Origin: Eledone cirrhosa
Taxonomy: Eukaryota
Direction of reading: 5' to 3'
Length of the DNA stretch: 64,000 nt
Assembly (NCBI GenBank): GCA_964016885.1
Contig: OZ024747.1
Coordinates: 59,582,001 to 59,646,000, forward strand
Below are positions 28,499-40,020 of this stretch, piece by piece. Positions within the stretch are counted from its first letter, which is position 1; each line of letters opens with the position of its first letter. The notes beneath the pieces are model-generated. The model had not been told where the DNA came from. It saw nothing but the letters and a program-made list of their open reading frames with translations, and ran no database searches. The position numbers and the translations under genes are program-made.

Positions 28499-28732
28499 TA
28501 TAAATTTTTGTTCTAATGACTTGCGACTCCTACATTTATTCATTTTGCCTATACCTGCTCTGCTTGAAACCTCCACTAAATATTAACCCTTCTTTAATAT
28601 TTAACACTACTAACCCAAGCATTGAGCCCACCTCGCTTTGACTATCGGCATTTAGTATACTGTATTACACATCTCTCTCTCTCTCTCTCTCCTCCTCTCT
28701 TACCTCCTCTCTTACGTTACATATATCCTCTC

Positions 28733-28765
<33 letters not shown>

Positions 28766-29208
28766 TACACACACATAGACACACGTGGCTTATTGTTATG
28801 GTTGATGTAGAGACTATAAAGTATCTCTGGTCTAGTTTCTAATATTAATTCTCCATGTTACCTCAGTTACCATAAACTTCCTTACATTATTATAACATTA
28901 TATTGATCGTTTTATTGTTTCCAACATTTTTATAGAAACAACTATGATTGCTGAAAGAATTATGGGTATAACCAATATTTCATTGTAGAATAAAACTCGT
29001 TTCTAATTAGCTTACCAATATTTTTGTTCCAGAAAATTCTAAGACTTTATTTTTGTCTCAACACTTTGAAGGTTTACTATGTCTTCCACTTAGATTTTTT
29101 TTTCCTTCTTCTAGAAAAGTTTATGGTTGGCAGACAAATTGTTAATGTAACCAAAAAAACTGGTCTGTTGTAATCAACACTTTCTTTAGAGTTGATAGTC
29201 AACAGAGT

Positions 29209-29552
29209 ATGGCTGAATAGTTAAGAAATTAGCTTCACAATCATTAAGTCATGGGTTCCATTGAACTGTGTGGCACATTGTGACACTCTGTGGAACCGTG
29301 TGGAATTTGGTGTCACTGTGTGGCACTCTGTGTCACTGTGTGGAACTCTGTCACTGTGTGTCCCTGTGTGGGACTCTGTGGCACATTGTGGAATTTCTGT
29401 GGCACATTGTGGTATTTCTGTGGCACATTGTGGAATTTCTGTGGCACATTGTGGAATTTCTGTGGCACATTGTGGAACTCTGTGGCACATTGTGGGACTC
29501 TGTAGCACATTGAGGAACTCTGTGGAACTCTGTGACAGTGTGTGGCACTGTG
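29209..29552 (+). repeat. SINE head (family C) running into a 21-bp minisatellite
   Basis: tggctgaatagttaagaa..catgggttcca..ctgtgtggcac followed by (ctgtggcacattgtggaattt)n. Confidence 0.75.
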
Positions 29553-29744
29553 GTATATTCTGGTCATAATTTTAATAACATAATCTTGTATTAAAGGGAA
29601 TATATCCCCCCTCCCCTTCATCAATCTCATCCCCATTATGTCTGCTTTCTATATTAGCATGGGTTGGACAACATATCTAAGTGTGAGACTTGAAGGATAA
29701 AAGAACCACATCTTGCGTATGTTCCATTTGACACATCATGAACA

Positions 29745-29900
29745 TCATCATCATCACTGTTTAACGTCTTCTTTTCCACGCTGGCATGAGTTAGATATGT
29801 TATCCTGTTGTGAGCAATGCCAGGTCATGGGACCATGTATTGCTCATGCAGAACTGATTTTAGCTTAGTTTCTACAGCTGGATACCCTTCCTTTTGCCAA
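29745..29900 (-). mobile_element. retroposon 3' tail fragment
   Basis: catcatcatcactgtttaacgtc..ttccacgctggcatgagttag..tttctacagctggatacccttcc. Confidence 0.7.
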
Positions 29901-30157
29901 ATGTTGTTGGTAATTCTGGAGATAACTGTCACTGGCTTAACAATCCTAAATATTATTTGATCAAATCAATGACCGTTTGTGAGGACTAATAAATTTTGTC
30001 ATAAAAGAACATGGATGAGGTTTAGCACTGTTCCTTTTGAAGAAACAACTTGGTTTAGGCTTTTGTTTTATTTTACTGGTTCCTGCCAGTTAGTTGCAGT
30101 GGTCATACTGGTTGTTTGTATTCTGGGAACGGATGTCTTATTGTGTGTATCATATTC

Positions 30158-30621
30158 ATTATCGTTTGACACTAGCATGGGTTAGATGGGTTGTCCCATT
30201 AGAGGCAAATTGTGTCAGGTGACCGTGTCTTGCTCATATAGAACTGTTTCTGGCTAGGTTTCTACAGCTGAATGCCCTTCCTAATGCCAACCACATTTAC
30301 AGTGTGTGCTAGGCGCTTTCTGTCATGACACCTACACAACCACTTTACAGTGTGTGCTGGGTGATTTTTGTCGTGTCTCCCACATGACTATTTTACAGTG
30401 TGGACTGGGTGCTGTTTGTTGTGAAACCTACATAACCACTTTACAGTGTGGACTGGGTGCTGTTTGTCGTGACACCTACATAACCACTTTACTGTGTGGG
30501 CTGGGTGCTTTTTGTCGTGACACCTACATAACCACATTACAGTGTGGGCTGGGTGTATTTATTTTTTGGGTCAATTGTAATACACTAACTAGAGTAAAGA
30601 TAGCAATGTGTATAGTATTAG
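30158..30621 (-). mobile_element. RTE-tailed retroposon with internal 48-bp tandem repeats
   Basis: family tail plus (ccactttacagtgtggactgggtgctgtttgtcgtgacacctacataa)x~5; 5' segment shared with 53503-53580. Confidence 0.75.
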
Positions 30622-31594
30622 ATGATTGCAGTATCAGAGATAATCTTGAGTTTCAAACAGTCCTTCCTGTTTTTAATTTTAAATTCTATCAATTGAACTA
30701 TATATGCCTCACTGGTTTAAACTTGTACAAAGTGAAATATCTGTAACAAATCATTTTTCATTTTAATTCAATGTAATGTATAATGTTACAGTGAATTGAC
30801 ACAGAATAAAATGTCAGAATGTTTGCAGTATTTGTTCCAGCTCTCTGCACTCAGATTTCAAAACCCACTGTTGTTAACTTCATCTTTCATCTTTTCGAGA
30901 CCAATTAAAAAAAAGTACCAGTCCCGTACTGGAGTTGATTCTTCCTCTATATCTCTTTCTCACTTCCTCTCTTTCACTCTCTCCTTTTCTGGAAGTAATC
31001 GGCTGTGTTCAGACATGGAGAGAAAATGGGCTCCACCAGGTTTAAAATGCCCAAGATACACCATATGTACTATGTCACCCCTACAACTCCACCAGGAATT
31101 ATGGGTCCAGATCTATCTGTCTATCTAATTTGTTAGTTTTATCATGTGTACATCATACCAACAGAAATATTTATTTTCTGTTGTACATGCTGGCAATTTT
31201 ATGTAGTCCTCTCAATTTAAATAATGTGAAACTAGAGCCGGTCTGAGAGCTGAAGAGGTGAAATAATGTTTGCATCATCTTGTCTCATTTATTTTTTTCC
31301 TTTGCTCCTTTCTTCACATTACTTCTGCTGGCTAATACACTTCTAGCTACTGATTTCTGTGCTTTGAGGTAAATTTTACCCAACGACGTCATTTACAGTA
31401 TTTTGCTGTCTTAACAGCTATCCTTGTGGTGAGATTTTCTCATTATTCTATGGATTATTTTATTCTCAGTTTCTAACCCCAACTTCTGCATTTCAAGCAC
31501 AGATATGTATTAATATTTATGCTAGAACACAGCATATATTAAGGTAAATTTAATGTAGATATAAACACATTTTTTATTTAGTTTTCACATTGTA

Positions 31595-31798
31595 GGCAAC
31601 ACAGTAAAAACCTCCCAGACCCACACTGTAAATGTGGTTGGTGTTAGGAAGGGCATCCAACTGTAGAAAACCTGCCAGACAGTCCTATGTGAGCAAGACA
31701 ATCACTCTTGCCTCAAGTGGGAATACCCCCGTCCAAACCCATGCAAGCGTGGAACACGGACGTTAAACGTTGATGATGATGATGATGATGATGATGAT
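31595..31798 (+). mobile_element. 3'UTR-only copy of the RTE LINE
   Basis: aligns by eye to 4785-4985; (gat)n tail. Confidence 0.8.
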
Positions 31799-31859
31799 TG
31801 ATGGAATGATATGTAAACACTTTCAGCTATCCCTCTGTATAGAGAAAAATACGAGATTA

Positions 31860-31897
31860 CTTTTACGTGTTTCAGATTTTTGTCTCCTCATCAGAAG
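31860..31897 (-). ncRNA. degenerate hammerhead-like motif
   Basis: minus strand reads ctt CTGATGA gga gacaaaaa tct GAAA cac GTA aaag; stems are weak. Confidence 0.35.
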
Positions 31898-32451
31898 ATG
31901 ACTTCTCTATTATTCTTTATAATGAGGAATATTACTATAGCAACACTATATATGTTAAGCAAGATGTAGATTATAGCTGAAATGGTCAGTCTAATTTGCA
32001 TGGTGTTCATGTGTGTGTGCAGAAGAAGAGTTGTGTTTGCTCTTCGTTATTTTCAAAGCAGAGGTTTCTAATTTAAAAAAATGTAGTTATATCAATATTA
32101 AATTTATCTTAAATCTTTTAATATACATGTCTACATGTAAGTGTAAATACGCACATGGTTGCGTATTTATATATGAGAGAGATAGAGATATACATTTAAA
32201 CACAGATCTGCACACATGCACAAACATCTTCACTTATGCACATATATAACTGTGTGTGTACTTGCATACAAGAACACACATGTGTATATAAACACATATG
32301 TGTATAAACACATGTGTATGTGTATATGCATATACATAAATGCACCAGTATGTAGATATCTGTATATATGTGTGAATTATACATGGCATATGTATTGCAC
32401 GTATATAGTATTTGCATGTCCATAAATATATACTATATACATATATGTGCA

Positions 32452-32506
<55 letters not shown>

Positions 32507-33451
32507 CTTATATGTTTATGTAGATTACCATATTAATACAATTTTAGCATTTTTTGCATGTCCACAAATATATATATATACACACACAAATATATACATA
32601 TATATATATGTGTTTTTATATATATATATATATATATAATTTATATGTTTATGTACATTTCTATATTCATACAATTTTAACATTTTTTCTCATATTTACA
32701 GAATTTTTTTCTGTTCTCTGAGAAATTGATTTCCTCTAAAAATAATTATACTTAGGTACAACAGTTTTTTAAAACTAAAAGTCTGCATTTGATGGCTAAA
32801 AAAAAATTTGCTCAAAAATATATTCAAAATAATATAGACATGAAATAAATTAAAAAATTCCTTAAAAATCAATAAGTATCTTTCTTGTCGAAAGAAAATA
32901 TAGGTTTTTCTTTTTTAATGTTCAGATGCTATCCATTTTATTTCTATTTAAGAATATATAATTATATTTGAAAGAAATACTTAAGTAATTAAAAGTGTTG
33001 GCTAAAGAAAATAGAATCTTCTGTATTGTTTAATAATTTATATCAAGTTCCAACTTTTGATGAGACTTTTCTTCAGAAACTATATAAATATCTTATTTTG
33101 TTGAAATATTGGACTATTATTATTAATATCTTCATTATTGGTTACGTTGTAAGTGGAAACTTATCTCTTGACTTCAAATATGTTTATATTGAAATAACCC
33201 AATGTTATAAAACTAATGGGATTTCTTTTTTGTAAAAGGATGTTAGGTAATATATTTCCCATGTCTCTCCAATTTGGAATATGTAAACAGTATCCTTGCC
33301 TCTCTTAAGAAAAAGTTCATGAAAAAGGTTAAGCACCATGTAATGTAGAGAACCTGGCTGTAAAATATTGCTTCAAATGGACACCATGAAGACTCACTAG
33401 ACTAATCTCTACTCTACCCGGGAAAATGATATTAAAACATTTAAAGATATT

Positions 33452-33720
33452 AGCTCCGATGCTATGGGCATGTGGTTAGAATGTCTCAGGAAGAAATCGC
33501 TGGACAGATTTTACGAGCAAAACCAACTGGCAGGAGACCCAGGGGTAGACCCCAAGCAAGATGGTTGAATAAGATCCATGATCTTGGTTGGTCTCATTTG
33601 GGGATCCAGCCGGATCAGTTGGAGACGGTTGCTTCTGACAGGACCCGCTGGAAGGAGTGTTTGAGGACTCTACCCCCATGACCCTCTCAGGGGGGTAGAG
33701 TCCTCAAACATGGGTGAAGA
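33452..33720 (+). mobile_element. RTE-clade LINE 3' fragment (second family)
   Basis: LRCYGHVVRM..PTGRRPRGRPQARW..DRTRWK (ORF 33472..33681). Confidence 0.8.
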
Positions 33721-33777
33721 AGCCAATTTGTTGGCAGTTGAATTGATCTCACCTTTACTGATGTAAAAATAGACACA

Positions 33778-34118
33778 GGTATAGTTGTGTGGTTAAGAAG
33801 TTCATCATTGCAACCATGTGTTTGGGCATATGTTATCTAGCACAGTCTCGGGTTAACTTTGCAGCCATGTTCTTTGAGGTGTGACCACAATGTGTAGCAC
33901 CTTGGGCACATGTTATCTACCACAGTCTCAGGTCAACCAATGTTTTGTTCGTGAATTTGGTATAGCTGTATGGGTAAGAAGTTCAACATTGCAGCCATGT
34001 TCTTTCAGGTGTGACCACAATGTGTAGCACCTTGGGTAGATGTCATCTACCACAGCCTCAGGTCAACCAATGCTTTGTTAGTGGATTTGGTAAATGGAAA
34101 CTGTGATGAAGCCTTCAT
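33778..34118 (+). mobile_element. SINE family C, with internal ~130-bp duplication
   Basis: tgtgtggttaagaagttc..gcaccttgggc..ggtcaaccaatg..gtggatttggtaaatggaaactg; body occurs twice. Confidence 0.65.
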
Positions 34119-34626
34119 GTGTGTATATCATCATTCTTTTATCATCACACTTCTACATCTAGTTTTCCAAGCTTTCTTTTATAAATTAGTTGTTAAAGAG
34201 ACGACTGTGGCCATAAGTTCAACACCCTAACCACTAGGCCATGTGCTTTCACATGTTATATATAATAGGTATTACCATACAGTAATACATATCTACTATG
34301 AAATATCATACAGTAATATATACTTATATATCTCCCATTTATTACCATACATATGTCTTAGTGAAGGCATTTGGCTGAGTGGTTAGAGAATTGGATTCAT
34401 AATTGGGAGGTTGTGATTTCGATTCCTGGACCGGGTGATGTGTTATATCCTTCAGCAAGACACTTTATTTCACGCTGCTCCTTCTGCCTGGACATGCAAC
34501 TGGTAGATAGTATTAGCAATTGGAAAGTCCAATGGAAACATTGTTTGCTCGGTCTGATTTGATCAGCTCCACCCCAATTCCTTAAGCAAAGGAGGTCTGG
34601 AATGTTGTTGATTGTCTGTTATATAT

Positions 34627-34770
34627 AAATGTGCCCCTTTACACTGTCTAGGGGTAACTGCATACCCTATCCATCACTCTTGCTATGCCACTGGAGTAAA
34701 TAACAAAAAAAATATTTATTGGTGTCTGTTAATGACAGATATTTCTATATGTATTATACATAATAATTCA

Positions 34771-34822
<52 letters not shown>

Positions 34823-35269
34823 AGGCACATGGCTTAGTGGTTAGAGCATTGGCCTGGAAATCGAAAGGTTGTGAGTTCAATTCTCAGGCCGGTGATGTGT
34901 TGATCCTTGAGCAAGACACTTTATTTCACATTGCTCCAGTTTACTCAGCTGTAGAAATGAGATGATAGGGACTGGGGTCCATATCATTCCACTGCAAAGT
35001 GGTCGTGGAGGTGCCACGGCAAAAAAAAAAAAGCACCCAGCACTCACTGTAAATGAGGTTGGTGTTAGGAAGGGCATCCAACTGTAGAAATCAAGCCAGA
35101 ATCAGTTCCCGTCCCACCCTTGCAAGCAGGGAAAAGTGGACGTAAAATGATGATGATGATATATATATATCAAACAGCAATACATATTTCAGTTATTTAC
35201 TCCAGTGGCATAGCAAGAGTGATGGACAGAGTGTGCAGTTACCCCTGGGCAGTGTAAAGGGGCACATTT
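34627..35269. repeat. inverted repeat with 78-bp arms enclosing a SINE
   Basis: 34627-34704 ~ reverse complement of 35192-35269. Confidence 0.85.
34821..35160 (+). mobile_element. tRNA-derived SINE (family A), full length
   Basis: same A/B boxes, body and tail as 7590-7950; sits in (TA)n. Confidence 0.9.
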
Positions 35270-36385
35270 CCTTTGGCCTATCATGCCTATTAGTTTAGGT
35301 GAGGGCATTGAAAGCATCTTTACCTCCAGCTGGTGAGAACTGATTTACTTACACTTATTTATTTGCAAGCGAGCTGATAACTTTCATAGACGAAATTAAC
35401 GTTGACGACCTGTAACTGTTGTGACTGTTCATTATTTCGAAACTGGGTCATTAATTAATTAATAAATTACACGGAATTCTTTTGTAAAATAATGATTTCT
35501 TTATATTACAAAAGAATTTGTTCTTTTGTAAAATAATATCACATTATCAAATATCAACCATACAATTTTCCAAGCTTTCTTTTACACAAAGATTTTAGAT
35601 TGATTTATAGAATAAAGACTACTTAATCTTCAGTGTTTCTTGCTGTCAGTTCTTTCAGCCTCTTTATTATTATTATTTTGTTTACTTACCACATTATATT
35701 CTTTGTCATCATCATCATACCCTCTTCATCCTCTTCATCACCATTATCATTGTCTATTTTCCTTGCTGTCATGGTTTAGGTCAGTTGTCACAGCTCAAGC
35801 CAGCTCTTGTCTGCTTTCCATGCTGGCATGGTTTGGGTGAGTTGTCACAGCTCAAGCCAGTTCTTATTCAGAGTTACTTCCCTCTTAGATATGTTAGAGC
35901 ATGACATCTCATTTGAATATTACATTCATGGAATGATCTTTATCACTGGATGCCTATTGCCACGTCTGTCACTCTATCTTGCCCTCACATTGACTATTCC
36001 CCCACCTTACAGAATGTATTGATTGCATTTTATCATGACACCAGCAGCAGAGGTTGTTCTATGCTCAGCCAGACTAAAGAATCCTCTCTAACCAATATTA
36101 TCTCTGTAAGACTAAGAAATATTCACTCAACATGCTTTCTGCTACTCTGCCAAATTAAGAACAGCAACCATTCTTGAAAAATCTTTCACTTCAAATCTTC
36201 TCGTCAGACTGGCAATGCTACAAAAAATAGTGTTTTTTTAATATATATATATATGTAGAAGTTCTATTTAATTTGTTGGGATACAACAAGCAAATATTTC
36301 ATAACTGATATAAAGCACTCAACAAATTTTTGGAGTAAAAATACAATATATTAATAAATGGAAACTATATTTATAAAACCATATT

Positions 36386-36450
36386 TATTTCATTATATAT
36401 ATTTCAAGGACACCAAAGCAAATTATGGTGCGCTTTCATCAGATAAAATA
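36386..36450 (-). ncRNA. minimal type-I hammerhead ribozyme with intact core
   Basis: minus strand reads tattttat CTGATGA aagcgcacca..tggtgtcctt GAAA tatat ATA atgaaata; 8-bp stem I, ~9-bp stem II, palindromic stem III segment. Confidence 0.7.
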
Positions 36451-36529
36451 TAATATAATATAATATATAATATAAAATATAATAAAATATAATATAGATC
36501 AGTTTTATAAACAAATCTGAACTATATTA

Positions 36530-36587
36530 TATTTTATCTGATGAAAGTGCACCATAATGGTGTCCTTCAAATATGTATAATGAAATA
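36530..36587 (+). ncRNA. mutated mirror copy of the hammerhead (GAAA->CAAA)
   Basis: tattttat CTGATGA aagtgcacca taa tggtgtcctt CAAA tatgta TA atgaaata. Confidence 0.55.
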
Positions 36588-36659
36588 TGTATAATGAAAT
36601 GTATATGTATAATAAAATAAATATGGTTTTATAAATAGTTTCCATTTATTAATATATTG

Positions 36660-36693
<34 letters not shown>

Positions 36694-36760
36694 TAGGAAA
36701 AGATTCAGGACCCTGACGGCTGAGCTCCGGCCATTTCAACAGCTAGATCTGAACAATATA

Positions 36761-37408
36761 TCATCATCATCAGGTCAAGCTTGCTACGACACGTTTCCTC
36801 CATCCATCTCTGTCTCTCATAGCGTTTGCCAGTTCTTCCGCAGTGCATCCAGTATCGTCCTCAAGTTGCTTGACGTATGTCTTCTTGGGACGACCAGCGT
36901 TTCTTGCTCCATGAGATGGACTCCATAACAACATATCACCTGCTATTTCTTCCTTGCTGCACCAACAGTGGCCAGCAAATCTGAGTCTCTGTCCACGTAT
37001 TGACCTGCTGAAAGGTGGTATATTGCCATAGAGATCCTTATTTGTTAGGTGTTCCCTCCAAGACACGTTTAAAGTAGCGCGGTATGTGAAGTTGGTATGC
37101 AAAGTCTAAATGGCGATATAATCAAGCAAGTTGACGACTTCAAATACCTGGGTAGCTATATCGCCCCCACAGAACATGATGTTAACATCAGACTGGGAAA
37201 AGCCTGGGGAGTATTGAATGCAGTGGAAAAAATATGTAAGTCAAACCTGCCGGCCAAACTAGAAAGGAATTTCTTCAGAGCTGCTGTGGAATCTGTGCTT
37301 GTTTATGGCTCTATCACTTGGACGCTAACGTCGAAACTGGAGGAAAAGCTAGACAGTGCATACACATGTATGCTCCGTGCTGCTTTAAACGTGTCTTGGA
37401 GGAAACAC
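36761..37408 (-). mobile_element. RTE-clade LINE fragment with 5' inversion
   Basis: minus 37082->36770 encodes LNVSW..RLRFAGHC..GRPKKTY..RDGWR* plus a (TGA)n tail; plus 37097->37408 encodes the upstream RT part [27 protein letters not shown]. Confidence 0.88.
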
Positions 37409-37424
37409 ACTCTCTCTCTCTATC

Positions 37425-37456
<32 letters not shown>

Positions 37457-37498
37457 GTCGAAATGGCCGGGATCAGCCGTCAGAATTCTGACTCTTTT

Positions 37499-38073
<575 letters not shown>

Positions 38074-38172
38074 GGAGGCACATGGCTTAGTGGTTAGAGC
38101 ATTGGCCTTGCAATCGAAAGGTTGTGAGTTCAATTCTCAGGCCGGTGATGTGTTGTTTCCTTGAGCAAGACT
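38074..38172 (+). mobile_element. SINE family A, head only
   Basis: ggaggcacatggcttagtggttagagc..gagttcaattc..ccttgagcaagac. Confidence 0.85.
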
Positions 38173-38842
38173 GGCCAGCTTTAGAATTCCCTTTTTAGTA
38201 TATTAATCTGCGAGAATCCTGGTTATCGAGTTGAGCTCTGCTGATGATGAACTCCAACGGTGACCATCTCCGCTGAAAGTTTTCATGAAATAGTCTTACG
38301 ACTATACAGAGCATTTGAAGTTTTTCCAAATTGAAGGATAGGTATCTTGAACTTTATTTTATCATGAGTTAAGGCTCTATTGATTTTTCCCTGGATTTCA
38401 CTAAATTCTGTGGATGAATTTATATCCTGATTCTCTTTAAGATGAGTTTAAATTATTTTTCCCACATCTTACGTTAACTATTTTTTCCCATTTTGACGCT
38501 ATAGTCACTTATATACTATGGAATGCTGTTTGCTTTTCGCTGCAGTGTTTTCTATACCTTTCATTTATATATATATACATATATAGATAAGTATATATAT
38601 ATATATATATAGAGAGATAAGTGTATATATATATACATATATAGATAAGTATATATATATATACACACATATTTATGTATGTATATATATATATATATAT
38701 GCATATATAGATAAGTATATATATATATATACACACATATTTATGTATGTATATATATATATATATGCATATTTAGATAAGTATATATATATATACACAC
38801 ATATTTATGTATGTATGTATATATATATATAAATATATATAT

Positions 38843-38907
<65 letters not shown>

Positions 38908-39356
38908 AATATGTGTATGGTAGCAGAAATATTTGATATTGAGGAGTAGACAGAAAAGACATTCATAAAACAATAGAATCAGGCTTATCTTCTTACTTTA
39001 AAACATCTTCACATAATTTATTAAACATCATTTTGCAGTAATTTCCACAAACAAAGCAATTACTCCAATTTTGTTTTCATCTAATTTCCTTTCTTTTTTG
39101 TATTCTTTTGTAATTTTTCATTAGTGTTTTGAAATTTATCTTCATAATGAATGTTGCATCATAAGAAACCAACATTATACAGATATGGGAATTTAGAAGC
39201 AAACAATTTTTATATTTTAATATGTAAATAAACTATTCCTTGTAGTTCATTGACTTGATATTTTATGTTTGTCTAAATATGATATACACGCACGCACGCA
39301 CACACGTATATTATATATATATACACGTATGTGTGTGTGTGTGTATATATATATAT

Positions 39357-39484
<128 letters not shown>

Positions 39485-39836
39485 GACAGTATATAGAGAA
39501 AAATAGACAAAGAGGCATGTGTTCAAATATAGGGGATATAATACGACCAGAGTGAAAATCATATCTTTGAACAGAATATCTTTGAACAGATAAATTAAAA
39601 TGTACAGACCATTCTTTTATAACTATATCTCTTGGAAATGCAGTAAGCATGTTTTGCCACATATAAAGCATAGAATCAAACTGCTGAGGGTTTATCAACA
39701 GGAGGTACAACAGTATGATACACACTTCTAATAATATATCAGACAACAGCATATGGTGGTGTGAATGGACCAAAAGACTGCTAAAAGTAGCAGCTGAGAA
39801 CCATTCAGCTTAAGAAGCTCAACTTATATAGAAATG

Positions 39837-40020
39837 AAATAGGAGCCAAAATATAAAATTTAAAAAAAATGAGTCAAAGACTCACATTAATCCCCTATAA
39901 TTTAATGAGCTCAAGGAATAGATACCAGGCTCTTTATATGAGTGTATGAGCTCATTAAATTACAGGGGATTAATGAGTCTTTAAATCTTTTTTTTTAATT
40001 TGATATTTTGGCTCCTATTT
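39837..40020. repeat. ~185-bp hairpin/foldback
   Basis: aaataggagccaaaatat..ttaatcccctataatttaatgagctca / tgagctcattaaattacaggggattaa..atattttggctcctattt. Confidence 0.85.

Larger units (their letters stand above)
36341..36662. repeat. foldback carrying two hammerhead copies
   Basis: atacaatatattaataaatggaaactat..ctttcatcagataaaatataat is mirrored at ~36525-36662. Confidence 0.85.

Noticed and set aside
38230-38290. CTGATGA..GAAA hammerhead candidate
   Set aside because: No convincing stem I or UH cleavage site.
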